The translations under genes were made by a program, and so were the position numbers. Positions 25,491 through 38,839 of a DNA stretch of 64,000 nt are shown here, one piece after another. Every line of letters begins with the position of its first letter. Position 1 is the first letter of the stretch. This DNA comes from Octopus bimaculoides. Its lineage: Eukaryota. The stretch covers positions 52,926,511 to 52,990,510 of the forward strand of contig NC_068998.1 of NCBI RefSeq assembly GCF_001194135.2, in the 5' to 3' direction. The notes beneath the pieces are model-generated. The model was not told the origin of the DNA. It saw nothing but the letters and a program-made list of their open reading frames with translations, and did not search any database.

Positions 25491-25811
25491 TCGAAGCGCA
25501 TCAAAGTCTAATCTCTTCAGTTCACTAACAATAATCATTATGGACGATTATTTCCGTACCTGCTCAGTATGAATAAATATGAATATCAAAATATCCGGTT
25601 CTCTCATGCTGAAGATCGTGTCAGGTGTTTATCGACGCCTTGCAGAGTTACACAGATCCATGGGGCTATTATTGACCATTATGCCAACCTTTCGTTTAAA
25701 TAGGTGGCTACAAAAAAAAGCTGCAAAACTAAAGTTTAAAAAATACTAAAACAATTTGAACTTTACACGTTGGAAGTCAAATTAAATAAAATGACACTAA
25801 TGGGCAATAAT

Positions 25812-25905
25812 TTTTTCTACGCTAGGCACAAAGCCCGAAATTATGGGGTAGGGGGCCAGTCGATAAGATCGACCCCAGTACGCAACTGGTACTTAATTCA
25901 TCGAG
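25812..25905 (-). mobile_element. 5'-truncated SINE family B with a 15-bp flanking direct repeat
   Basis: SINE 3' part; ctaatgggcaataat at 25797-25811 and 25932-25946. Confidence 0.8.
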
Positions 25906-28900
25906 CAATTATCTAATAAGGCAATAATCATCTAATGGGCAATAATCCTCATACGAATGAAAACATCTCGATATAAGTTTCAGGTAATATGCTATTAGAA
26001 AATAATGGTGAAAACCTGGAATTGGTAAAGCTTCTCATAGCATTCATGCTCTTCATGGAATCGGTGATAACTTATCGACCACCATCATGTAAATTTCTAA
26101 AAGTATAATTGATAAAACAATTCTTAATTTAAAAGCAATATTTCATATGTTTCTGTTTGTGGTTGTTTTTGCTTGTCATTAGTGCACTGTAATGAGAAAT
26201 AGTTAAAGAAATCTAACGAAAGTACTTAATGAAATTAATGAAGAACATTAAAGATTCAGCCATATATTGATAAAGTCGGAATATTTAATGGGAAATGTGT
26301 GTTTGGTGAATACAAGTTAATATTGAATTAGTTAATATTTCGTTGGAAATTAGTGAGTTTTAGTCTTAAGTTACCCACATTCTTCCAGGTTCAGTTTCCT
26401 AACGCACTTGATGTTCAAATTCGTTTCAGGCGTTGATCGACCCTTAGGATGTCATGTAGATTCCCATGGATCGATCCTGACTAGTTTGTCCTCACCTGGT
26501 CCAAACAGTTGGCTTAAAAGTAAATGCAAAGCTGGACAAAATGAGAAGTGCGAGAGGAGTTGAAGTAAAAGTAATAAGAAAGAAAGTGGGTGAAAGGATG
26601 GATGGAGAGAGGGGGGGGGAAGAGAGGAGGTTAAGACAGTGACACAGGAAGAGTGAGGGGGAGAGAATAATGTAATTTAAGGGAGAGTGAAAAAGAAAGA
26701 GTGCTGAAAAGAGAAGGAAGAGTTTACACTTTATATCTTTGTGTAACACACTTTAATAGATATAATTTCTGACAAGATGCCTGCTTTTTCTTTCGTTTCA
26801 AGTAGAATACTTGAATCAAACATTCATGCTTCTCGTTCTGAAGACTATATCAATGGAAGATTCTCTATCGATCTCCATTAATTGATATCACGAACCAATT
26901 TTACAGAGAATCTTATTGATAAACATAAATCCATTGGATCAACATCCATCTCGATCAAACGTAATTCCTAAGGCAAGCAACCCAAAAGCTTAACTGAATG
27001 TTGGTAGAAATTCACTTTGCATATTGTCCAACCTAGTTACAGAGCGAATGAACCTGTTCCTTATATTTATTCAGCCTCAGCCTGCATGTGTAACATGAAC
27101 TTCAGATTCTAAATAGTGTAGCGTTTATTTACACAATATGCATTCATTCAAATTTCAAATACAGTTCACACAATGATTCTGAAAATTTCAACAATCCCCT
27201 GATAGATTCATAAATAAAAGCACAGCAAGTTGTTCTGCAAACAAAAAAGATCACCAAACAGGCAACCGAAATGGTAAAATTTCAAGTGAAACTTTACAAA
27301 TAATTCTATGAAATTTAAGGGAAGGAATTGTCACATGCTATATATTTATTGAAACCTTACAAGAATTAATGTTTGGGATTTACTTTTACAAGTAAATTTT
27401 CTCATTTAAGGAATGAAATAAAATTAAGAATGCTCTGTTACTTAATATGCAGAGTGTACGAGAGTCCAGGAATAATGAAGCATGAACTTGCAGCTCACTG
27501 CTTTGAATGTAAAAGCTACACCTTCAACGAAAAAGCAAAAAGAAAAAGAATTAAGCTATTTCGTTTTTCGTTTTTCTTTTAACGAAACGGTAAACATATG
27601 ATTAAGATTTAAATCTTAAGATAAAGTGTTTGTAATAAAGATGTCAAGTTCCCTGATATTTATCTACTTAATTAGTGCTGATCCAAGATATCCATCACCT
27701 TCTTCTTCTTCTTCTTCTTCTTCTTCTTCTTCATCATCATCATCATCATCAACCTAATCGCCGACATCGTTGTCGTTGCCGTCATCATCATAATGATTAT
27801 CAACAAGAATAACATCACCACCACCATCATCACACCGCCACCACCACCACCGCTGCCGCCGCCCTCAGTGCCTCGCCGCCGCCCTCAGTGCTTCGCCGCC
27901 GCCGCCTCCAGCAAATTCAACATTAGAACAGCAACAGAAATAAAGAAAATATTGCACGAATTAAATTTTATATACTTTAAATACACAACTTTGAATAACA
28001 ATAAATTCTCGAGTCTTATTCAATATAAATTGCTATTGATCTCTTCCACCTCCTCCTCCTTCTGATCATCATCATCATCACCATCATTACGAAATTCCGT
28101 CATATTTTTTTCTACAAACTCTTTATTCTTGTTACTGTATATCCTCGAAGAGAGAAACAGGTTAGAATCTCTATTTCAATTATAGGAGCTTAGGCAGTAA
28201 CCAATAGTCTTTCTAGGTGGATCATTATTCACAAGTATTCAAAGACTGGTATTATTCAAACAGGATTTATATTTGCTGTCATTTTCGCGAAGATTTAAAA
28301 GTATGAGATCTCGATTTGCTTGTATGCAGATGAGAAAATTTCGGCAATATGTCTTAAGCACCAATTTCACTTCAGAAGAGACTGGAAAGAATTGATCAAA
28401 TTATTTTCCCTAAGTTTTACTCTCTAAATGGATTTGTAACAGGTATTGCTAATGTAAATCTGCTAAAAGATTCACTGCTATGTTAAGTCTAGAAAATGTA
28501 TTCTGCAGTGTTGCAGTCGAGACACACCTAAACGCTATAAAACTGTTACTGAATGCAGACTGATGGGCTAAACCTTTGATTTAGATGGAAAATTAGACCG
28601 AAGTGATGGTTACGAAGAAAATTCGTTAATTAGATTTAACATGACTCGACAGAAACATTACCACATTTGACACCCCATCCATATATGGATGTCAATAACG
28701 CTTGGTAGGAAACACATTAGAACATTCGATAAACTTCGATAAACTATACTTAGACCACAAAGACAGTTTCAACACCCAGCTTGTGAAAGGAAAGCACGAA
28801 CAGAGAGAATAATGATACGTGTAACGTCTTAATGTAAGAGGTCAAGTTCTAGTTTAGGCTTTCAGCTGTAAATAATTCATTTTTTTAAATACAAAAGCAC

Positions 28901-30544
28901 ATGAAAGTCAGAAGAATATGGAGCCTACACATCCAATTTTCCACTCCATAGGCAATCTCAGGATAAAAGAGAAATTAAACAAGAGAACAAGAAACTAGGA
29001 GCTATTTGGAGTTAATTAAAGGAATTAAGACTTTTGTGAGGAAAAAAAGTTATATCTTGCACAGCATGGTGTGATTTTTCTCTTAATAACTTTATCTTTC
29101 TTCTTAAGTCACAAATCAATAACGAGTATGAATTAATAATTATGTAATTTAATCAATATACATCTTTAATGAACTTAATAGTGTCAACAGAAGTAGATTA
29201 TGATGTAATATTACAACAAAAATCATAATTTAAATTTCGTGAAATAAATAGAACTCTCGAGTATGTGGGTTCCCTGGAAAATGATCACTCTACAAGTAAA
29301 AGCTTAACGTGTCTTCAGCACCAACACCGGACCAATTTGATAGTTCCTTAAAGTTTTGCGCAAAGGAATATAATTATGCTTTACGCTGCTTTTCAAAATG
29401 CATTAAATAAATAAATGTACTGAACTTTAATAAAGGAACAATAAAACATGGAAAGTTAAATGCATTACTAAGATAAATATTATTTCATGAAATTGAAAAA
29501 GCCGCATAATTTATGGGTTGACCCGATATATTTACATCTATATTGACATATGAATATAAGCCTATATTCATACATACCTATTCACTCATGCAAAAATAAA
29601 AAACATCGAGAAAATATATTTAAGTAGTCCTTTTGTGCCCTCATTTCATGCTTGGTAGAACCGTTAAATTCTCTTATGACCCATTCGCCGAATAATACAT
29701 TTTTAGTTTGTTGGCAAAATGCAAATGTAAATAGCTTTTGTTTTTCCCTGCAATATATATGTAATAAATAATGCTGAATTATATGTGTACACGAATATAA
29801 ATTTATATAATATAGAAAAATATATGTAAATTGCATATTTAATAAAAGCAGTATTTATAAGTAAGTTACTATGAATTTCATGCTCCGATAGCGCCGTGGT
29901 GGGATGAGGTTGTACAGCGTGACATGTATTATCCTGATATTAATCCCTCACTGGATAAAATGGTAAAAGTACATTGTATACATAAATATATATAATTGTA
30001 AAAATATCTCCTCTCATTCGTTATATTAAGGTTTAGACTTATTTCTACGCACTCACACACACCCATAAACTCAACAACAACAACAACACACGCACACAGA
30101 CATCCGCACATATACTTGTCCTTACATGCATACACGCATCAATGAATACCTAGACTCGTTCGAATGCAAGAATGACAAAAAAGTGCATACTCAAAAGAGT
30201 GCAAAATGATAGCTAGAAGTGATAAAAACCAATATTATTTGTTAATGGGATTTATACCGAATCGAAATGTATTTTGGTACATTTGCAAGAATTAAATATT
30301 TCTCTCTTCACTTTTTTTCTTTTACTGATTCAATTCGCTTCGCCGCCGGTCGTTTTTAAATTACCTTGTGTTTACCTTATTTATTTCAGTTTCTTTGCAT
30401 TTTAAATCTGCAATGGAACAAGCAAATTATGTATTCCTTAAACATTACCTAGAATACCTATCATAAGTTTTAATGAATTTTTCCTGGAATTATTTTGTAA
30501 TTTATAACAAAACTAAATGTGAATACACTTATCAGTTGCAAGAG

Positions 30545-31190
30545 ATTGTGCAGATCCATTCATCAGACGTTCAAATATCTTCTCCTTTGTACGGCAACAC
30601 CTCGAATACTGTTGTCCCCTGTGGTCTCCCCATACAAAGCAAAGCATCTTGAAAATTGAATCACCCTAAAGGGCATTCACTAAAATAATTAAGGCCATGT
30701 GATCACGATTATTGGGACCGTCTAAAAGCATTGAAACTCTATTCTCTCCAGCGCCATCATAAAGGATACATCATTTGCACGATGTGGAGGATATAACACC
30801 AGCATTGCCCAAACGACCACAACATTAGCCTAAAAAATTAATCCAAGGCTAGGACCACGGGCGATGCATACCCTACCCAATTCAGAATCACAACACATAA
30901 ATGCACTGCAACACAATTTCTTTTCCGCACCAGGCATCGCCCTATTTAACATTGTCCCGAAACAGATCAAAAATCAAAAGGATCTGATGACCTTTAAACG
31001 GAACCTGGACAAATTTCCTCAAGGAAAACCCGATAAGCCACCTATATGATAATGCAACTCACTCAACAAGAACTCCATACTCGAATGGACCACGATACCA
31101 CAAAAGAGGATTTAGCTAATCCTGTCAGGCGGTGCTATTAAATTAGACATGACCCGGACCAATCTTCGGTCGAAACATATCTAAGTATTT
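30545..31190 (+). mobile_element. CR1-type LINE 3' end (RT C-terminus and 3' UTR), degraded
   Basis: FSFVRQHLEYCCPLWSPHTKQSILKIES (CR1 motif VRPHLEYC..WSP), DYWDRLKALKLYSLQR, LFNIVPKQIKNQKDLMTFKRNLDKF; terminal stem-loop gacc-aatcttc-ggtc. Confidence 0.85.
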
Positions 31191-31539
31191 TTTGTTTTAT
31201 CTAAGTTATATATCATCAAATAAATGGCATGTACGAAACTTTTCTCCTTGGAGTTACTTTCTTTACTTTCTATTGATTAAGAAGACGTATACATACACAC
31301 ACACATATATATATACACACACATATATACACGCACGCACACATATATACATATACACGACAGACATACATATACAAACACACACACACAAACACAAATA
31401 CACGCACATACATACACACACACACGCACACACACACACACGCACATATATATATATATATATATATACTTTTGTAATTACGCCCCTACAACACACACAC
31501 ACGTATATACACACACATAGGTTTAGACAGACAGACACA

Positions 31540-31626
<87 letters not shown>

Positions 31627-31910
31627 TCACGTAGCTCTGTCTGTGAGTGTATGCGTTTCTATGCCCTTCAGTAATGTAACTCAACAAATGACTAAACACA
31701 CTTTAAATTAATAAATCTGTACATATGTCTTAATATAGTCTAAGGCTTCCTGTGAATGTACAGATGTTTAGAAAAATTCTTAATATAGACGCTATAATAC
31801 AGATTCAATTTCATACCAGACAATTTCTCTTAGTTTGTTATTCACAACCTGTCAGAGAAATTATTGTAATACCTCTCTCTCTCTCTCTTTCCCCCCCTCT
31901 ATCTTTCTCT

Positions 31911-31954
<44 letters not shown>

Positions 31955-32542
31955 ATCTTTCTCTTTCTCTCTCTCTCTATATATATCTATCTATATCTAT
32001 ATATATCTATTTATCTGTATGTATCTTAAAGCATGACACTATTAGTAGTTCTTTTGTAATTGTTTGTGTTTGTATATGTATACATATATATGTATATGTA
32101 TATATATATACATATATATGTATATATATATAATATGTATATATTTATATAAATACATATATATATATATTTTTATACATATATATTTAAATATATATAC
32201 ACACACACATATATATACACTTATATATGTATATATCTTTATATATGTGTGGTGAGGTGTGTGTATTTGTGTGTACGTATTTTCACAATTTGTCTTTTTT
32301 TTATTTGACGTCACCGTCTATGCACATAAGATAAAATATTATTTGAAAATATTTAAAAAGTAAATATGGCTCTGCTATTTTGCAGAAAAGCTTAAGAAGT
32401 TTGAAATCGGTAGATTTATAGAATAGTGAAAGCCTCGGATAAAATTACTAGCGTTGATTGATCCGGGTCATTATATTCCGTGCTCAATTACTGTCGTATA
32501 TAACTATGCCTCCCATCATTTCAGAGCTGATAAAGTATTTTA

Positions 32543-32580
32543 GCAATTAAGCAATTAAGCAATTAAGCAATTAAGCAATT
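32543..32580. repeat. (GCAATTAA)4.7 perfect 8-mer tandem repeat
   Basis: gcaattaagcaattaagcaattaagcaattaagcaatt. Confidence 0.95.
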
Positions 32581-33406
32581 TGAGTGAATTGAAGGTGCAG
32601 ATGTTATCTTTAATAAACTGGGCAACCACATCGAAACTCACACATTAGCTTCATTCTTCCTTTGTTTTTTATTGTTACAAATGTTTTAACACTTAAAGGA
32701 CCGAATGTGTCAATTAAAGCATTTTGAAATCTTAATTGCACACAATTTAAAAACTATTGTAGATTTTGACATCGTAGCGCTTAACTTTTCATAGTTTTAT
32801 GATATCTATTTACACTATAAATTATAGGTTGTTTGCATCGTCTGTAAAATAGATAAAACACATGTTACTTATAAGGACAACAGGAGTCAATTGGCGCTTT
32901 GGAAACTTTCGAAACTTACATATGACAAGGTTTTCAATATTCAATAATTGCATAACCTTTACAGCTCGCAAAACAAAACTGCAGTTTAGTCGGAATAATT
33001 CCTCAGAAGAGAAGAGAATTACCAGAAACTGTAAAACAGGTGAAACCTGTCCATAAAATTGTGGTTTTGAAAGCCACAGAGAAACCGATTGTCACTCATC
33101 GTACCAATGCATAAAAAAAAAAATGAACGTCTGTTGTTGTTTTGAGTACCTTACAGCAACAGGTAGAAGTTCCTTTTGAATATAACCCCAAGAACAAGCG
33201 TGACACCATACATTTTTATAACAAAAATAAGGTAGGCTTAGACGAACTTGGTTAAATGGCGAGGCTTCCTTCAGTCAAAGCAAGCAGTAGACGATTGCCA
33301 ACGCACTTTTTAAGATATTTTGGATGTTGCTCTTATAAACATCTGAGGAATATACACAAGTGCTTCCAACTCAGTCATTAGTCGACAGGAATCTATTCCA
33401 AAAGTT

Positions 33407-33489
33407 GCTGAAGAACTTTGTGATGATTCAGCTGGGCGTTTGATAGTACACGAACGACGGTGAGGTGAATCATGACAAAGCTCTTCAGC
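33407..33489. ncRNA. Candidate pre-miRNA-like hairpin
   Basis: 27-nt arms 33407-33433 and 33463-33489 form 24 of 27 Watson-Crick pairs with three isolated symmetric mismatches; no matching known miRNA family recognised; no expression evidence. Confidence 0.45.
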
Positions 33490-34109
33490 CTCCGAGTTAA
33501 CTCGAGGTGAGCTGATAATAATTGGTGTAGGGTTCGTATATGATCCTAGCACTATACAACACAGGAAAGGAGGTAACAAAACACTTTTGTCATGAAGTAT
33601 AAAATAAAGGATAAAATAAAGTATCAAACTGGCTTTTTTAGTTTTCGTATTTGAAACTTATTATGTCGTGTTGAATGATTTTGAAACATCAGAAATCTTA
33701 GATTCGTATATTTAAACATTTGAGCGGATAAAATAAATATTGTTTATAGGAAGCTTTTCTTTTTTCTTCACGCAATGTGCTTATTATTTAATGGAAATTC
33801 AAATTCATACTTTCGTTGTTTTCTGCATTTCAACAAAAGAGTCTTATTTCTAAAACCTGTTGTTGCTTTGTCGAATATTTGAATGGAAATACTGAGAGCC
33901 ATTCCTGCTCACACATAATTAGGTATAGGCATAAAAAATATAACGATTTTAAATTGCTAAAAATAGCCATACGTGTAAGAAAATAGTAGACATGTTCAAC
34001 AAGATATATTAAAGATACGTTATTCAATAACGCTGTTTTTAAACCTAATCATATCCTGGAAGGATAATAGAAGCAGTTACAGGGGGGGGGGGCAGGTGAT
34101 TCTCAGCCA

Positions 34110-34235
34110 TGTTGCCCCACAAAACCTAAGAACCTTTCGGTCCAGAGAAGAAGGTGTTATCATTATTCTTTTCTCCTCGTTTGTACGGCTACACCTCGAA
34201 AACCGCTGCCCCTATATAAGACAAAACATTTCGAA
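34110..34235 (+). mobile_element. CR1-type LINE fragment, same family as 30545-31190, cut by a gap
   Basis: LRTFRSREEGVIIILFSSFVRLHLENRCP; DNA ctcgtttgtacggctacacctcgaa matches ctcctttgtacggcaacacctcgaa at about 30583. Confidence 0.75.
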
Positions 34236-34239
34236 TATT

Positions 34240-34630
34240 NNNNNNNNNNNNNNNNNNNNNNNNNNNNNNNNNNNNNNNNNNNNNNNNNNNNNNNNNNNNN
34301 NNNNNNNNNNNNNNNNNNNNNNNNNNNNNNNNNNNNNNNNNNNNNNNNNNNNNNNNNNNNNNNNNNNNNNNNNNNNNNNNNNNNNNNNNNNNNNNNNNNN
34401 NNNNNNNNNNNNNNNNNNNNNNNNNNNNNNNNNNNNNNNNNNNNNNNNNNNNNNNNNNNNNNNNNNNNNNNNNNNNNNNNNNNNNNNNNNNNNNNNNNNN
34501 NNNNNNNNNNNNNNNNNNNNNNNNNNNNNNNNNNNNNNNNNNNNNNNNNNNNNNNNNNNNNNNNNNNNNNNNNNNNNNNNNNNNNNNNNNNNNNNNNNNN
34601 NNNNNNNNNNNNNNNNNNNNNNNNNNNNNN
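34240..34630. other. Assembly gap
   Basis: Run of N. Confidence 1.
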
Positions 34631-34782
34631 CGATTCCTTCGACTAAAAGTGGTGCTCCAGTTTGGCCGCAGTAAAATGATTGAAAATAGGTTTAAAATAA
34701 AGGAAGATATTCTAAAAACATAGATGGAATTTTTTGCTCTCAATTGCTCATCTACACTGTTTTCATCTCAGCTCCTTGCCTA

Positions 34783-34858
<76 letters not shown>

Positions 34859-35045
34859 ACGTCTCCATCGTGCTTCTACCGATTAACTTCTCACTCTGTC
34901 CTATGCTTAACATGCTTAACATGCACTTAGGTGCCCGAATTCTCGTCACAGTCGGCTTCCATTTCATAAGCCATTGATCGCAAATCTCAAGCTGAACTTA
35001 GCCAGTCATCCATACTCCTTAATGACCAAACTTGAAATACTACAG

Positions 35046-35076
<31 letters not shown>

Positions 35077-35297
35077 ATCAGAAATACAGTATCTTCCTTT
35101 TACACAAACCTGATGCATGACTCAATGAACACGCGGACACACAGACACACAAACATAGAAATACGCACGCACAAACGCACACGTGTGTACCTGTATTAAT
35201 GGTTGTTTTTATGGGGAATCTTATGCCAAAACATTGTATCATTCAACTGAAGCCACTGTCACCATTTCTTTTATTATGCATTTGTGCGTGTGTGTAA

Positions 35298-35500
35298 GGC
35301 GGCGAGCTGGCAGAAACGTTAGCACGCCGGGCGAAATGCTTAGCAGTATTTCGTCTGTCTTTACGTTCTGAGTTCAAATTCCTCCTAATTTCAACATTTC
35401 GCGATCGATAAAATAAATACCAGTTGAGTACTAGGATCGATATAATTGATTAATCCCCACCCCCAAAAATGCTGGCCTTGTTTCAGAATTTGAAACTAAT
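35298..35500 (+). mobile_element. SINE family B, near full length
   Basis: aaggcggcgagctggcagaaacgttagcacgccgggcgaaatgcttagcagtatttcgtctgtctttacgttctgagttcaaattcc..aaaatgctggccttgtttcagaatttgaaac. Confidence 0.85.
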
Positions 35501-36599
35501 ATATGGTTTATTCTCATGCTACAAGAAACGACATTTCTGCAAGATTCCACGCATTGGGATCGAATTCCTGGCCTCGTAGTAGCGAAGTAAACGTTTTCAC
35601 CATTCCATTATATTATGTCTACAGCGCAAACGTGTAGATGTAATTGTCGAAAATTAAAAAAAAAGCATTTATATGACAAAATAGTTGAAAGAAAGGCTCC
35701 AAAAATACATGAAAATACAATTTGGTAACTAATTATGTTTTGTTCAGTAGATGAATAATTTCAACTTGTATATTTTCTTGTAATGGCAGCCTTTTCTGGA
35801 AATCGACCTTCAGTCTGTGGGTCCAACATATACCACAGTGTAAAACTTTTCAGGCAAGTATAAACTTTCCTAATTCTTCTAAACGATATGTAACGAGTAA
35901 TAAAAGCTTATTATATTTAAATATTCACATAAATTATGCAATTTTATGCTCATATTTGACAAATGTCTGATTCCTAATTGATTTTACATATAATAGTTAT
36001 TATGACCGAATTTGATGCAATTCTTACAATTCTGTCTCGAATATTAAATAATGAGTTGGCAATATAATCTGGTAGAGCGTCATTACAGGAACGCTGGTGA
36101 AATTTCCGTAAATTCTCTGAATTTAGGCTACTTGCCGCTTCTCGTTTGCTGTGAATATTTCCATAAAGTTTCTATAAAAATCTGATCTAACAGAACTTTC
36201 CAGATAGGTATTTTCTTTTGAAATACATGTACAATTTCATAGTGGTGTTCATAGGTCATCATTATTGTTTGGTATCTTATAAAAAGTCTGTTTGTCATTA
36301 CGTTACTTAGCCTGTCGGTAACGCTTTCACGCGATTAGAGAAAGAGAGGGAGAAAGAATAGAGGGAGAGAGAAAAAGGGAGTGACAAAAACGTCCATGAT
36401 GTGAAGTAGAGACAAAGTAATTGTAATGCTTTCATGTGATTAGTTGAATGGAAAGAGATAGTAAGAGAAAGATAAAGGAGAAGGAAGAAGGGGATAAGGT
36501 GTGGTGGTGGTGGTGGTGGTGGTGGTGAGTGCATAGTGAACTGTATGTTTTTCATAGCACCTATCACTTAACGTATGCGCATCCCAAACTTGCCATTCA

Positions 36600-36790
36600 C
36601 TTTCGAAAGAAACCAGTTTCCCGTTCACCTGTCCTATGCAAATTCAAAATTCACTCGCAAGTCATTGGTTGTGAAGGCGCTGTAATGGAAGACACTTGCG
36701 CATAATGCTACCGCATGGAATTGAACCCCAGATCATGTTTTTTCAAGCGGTTTCTTAAACACACAGCCACACCTGTGCCTATTGTAGCAA
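36600..36790 (-). mobile_element. SINE family A head, degraded
   Basis: Reverse complement gcacaggtgtggctgtgtgtttaagaaacc..catgatctggggttcaattccatgcggtagcattatgcgcaagtgtcttcc. Confidence 0.7.
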
Positions 36791-37521
36791 AAGCGATCAC
36801 GGTACCATCAAACTTGTGTTGATATTTAAGTATTATTTCTGTTGTTGCTTTGTTTTGCTTAGTCTCCAAAAGCATATTGGATTAATAGGAGAATACGGCA
36901 GTAGTAGAATTGGAAAGCTCTACTGGGTGCAAAGAACCATCCGGTGGATGATAAAGTATTAGGAGCAATAGACTCTGATTCCCTTTATACATTTACAACG
37001 ACACTATAGTGCATCAATGTTACATGAATTAAGTACATAATATTTATTTCAATACAGATATGTTTTTGTACTTCCTACTTTGAGAATAAGCGAAATAGCA
37101 TCGGCCCAAGACTTTTGCAACGTAGTCTGTTTGTTCTAAGTATGTGCTTAAATAAAATAAATTTATGAATGTTATTAAATTAATAATGCAATAAGAAAGT
37201 AATGACATTGACAGTGATATAAATGTTGTAGGATATGAAATGGGTAAACTAAAAACGAAAGAGATATCAACGATTACGTAACCTAATAAATAGTGTTTAT
37301 GGGTTTCACAAAATGATTTCATCCCAAAAAAGCTTTTATTCTGCCATCTATTTAAACGATTGCTCGTTCATTAAAAGGGCTACGTTATCATACTCATCTA
37401 ATATATTTAATATCGATGTTTATTCATAAGGTTTATTGCCAACGGAATGGTCAATTCATACAACGAATTTATACTTTCTCTTTCAAATTTCAGATTTCAC
37501 ACTCGTTTGTGTGTGTATATA

Positions 37522-37572
<51 letters not shown>

Positions 37573-38699
37573 TGACACGGCAGAAGTGAATAGACACCCT
37601 ATAAAACATAGTTTATAACCCTTCATAATGGCAACTGTCTTTTGCTTATAATACACATTTCATGTATGCTCTTGGAAGTGAAACGCATTTTTACTTCAGA
37701 AAAATCAGGTCACATTTTATGACAAAAGTTACTTTGATTAAACTCATACAGGTAACAAAAAATAAAGAAAGAAAAAGTTTGGCATAAACATAATGTGTAG
37801 TGATTTTATGTTGTAGGAAAATAATACACAAACATTTGCAGAAATATATTTTTGCTAGATTTGCCGTATTGCAATAACTTTGACGCTCTCATAGATTAAT
37901 TTCTATTAAGATCTAACACAGTATGTTTAACTAAAAGGGTTGTATTTACTATAACTTCTTTGATTTTTCCCAACATGATGACTTGATTACAACTCAGATC
38001 TTGTGTACTATGTAAATAATATACTTAACTTTTCCCGCTTTTCACCTTATCTCAACTCGTCACCTTTCATTACTGCATTCTAAGTTAATTCAATTAATTT
38101 GCTTGGGAGCTAATTCAATTAATAATCAACTTTAGCTTTGATTCAATAACAAGTGTTTCTTTCTTTTCTTATATATTGTAGCAGTGCTTTAAGTAATAAA
38201 TATATCTTATCGCTTTTCGAAATATATTTCACGAATCAAAATTGTTTTTGTTTTATCTTTTCTTTAAGTATTTAGTTTGCAACCTTTAATTTATTATCGG
38301 AGGTGCGTGCATTGTGTTATAATCTTTTTGTCACATTAAATTCATCAATAGAAACGGCGAATACAAATCTTGCTTACTAACACAACCATTAACAGATACG
38401 AAAACCTTCTGTATAAGAGATATCTATCTGACAATGAATTCCCGTTATTCGACACCGAACACAACTGTCAAGAACTGTGCGGAGAAAAATTAATCCTGCA
38501 ACTAGAGAAAAGCTTGACCACAAACGGAAAGCAGTTACGTAAGATAGCAACATGGAGAATCATTGAGTGTTGAGCGACGAGATGTAATCCCCCGGCAAAT
38601 TCAAGATTGTATTTCGCCTTCGATTTTCAGTTGACATAGGTAATGGAATGGAAGAATAGCTGAAGTGTCGGAGGAAATTTAGTTACCATTAGAGTTCAT

Positions 38700-38753
38700 T
38701 TGACTGCGACCGGGAAAGATTTGGTAGACGAGAACTGAAAGAAGCCCACTGCG

Positions 38754-38839
<86 letters not shown>

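Noticed and set aside
26430-26520. Possible exon after ttcgtttcag| (VDRPLGCHVDSHGSILTSLSSPGPNSWLK)
   Set aside because: The donor is weak, there is no recognisable homology, and such short open frames are expected by chance.
27793-28065. Proline/alanine-rich ORF with a 20-bp tandem duplication (gccgccgccctcagtgc)
   Set aside because: It is embedded in compound triplet microsatellites, and low complexity explains the ORF.
28676-28691. 16-bp perfect palindrome catccatatatggatg
   Set aside because: It is short, AT-centred and isolated, with no supporting context.
29881-29915. tRNA-like start gctccgatagcgccgtggt
   Set aside because: There is no B box or cloverleaf downstream.
38370-38573. 67-aa non-repetitive ORF (MLTNTTINRYENLLYKRY...)
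   Set aside because: No recognisable domain or splice context; possibly an old retroelement fragment but unsupported.
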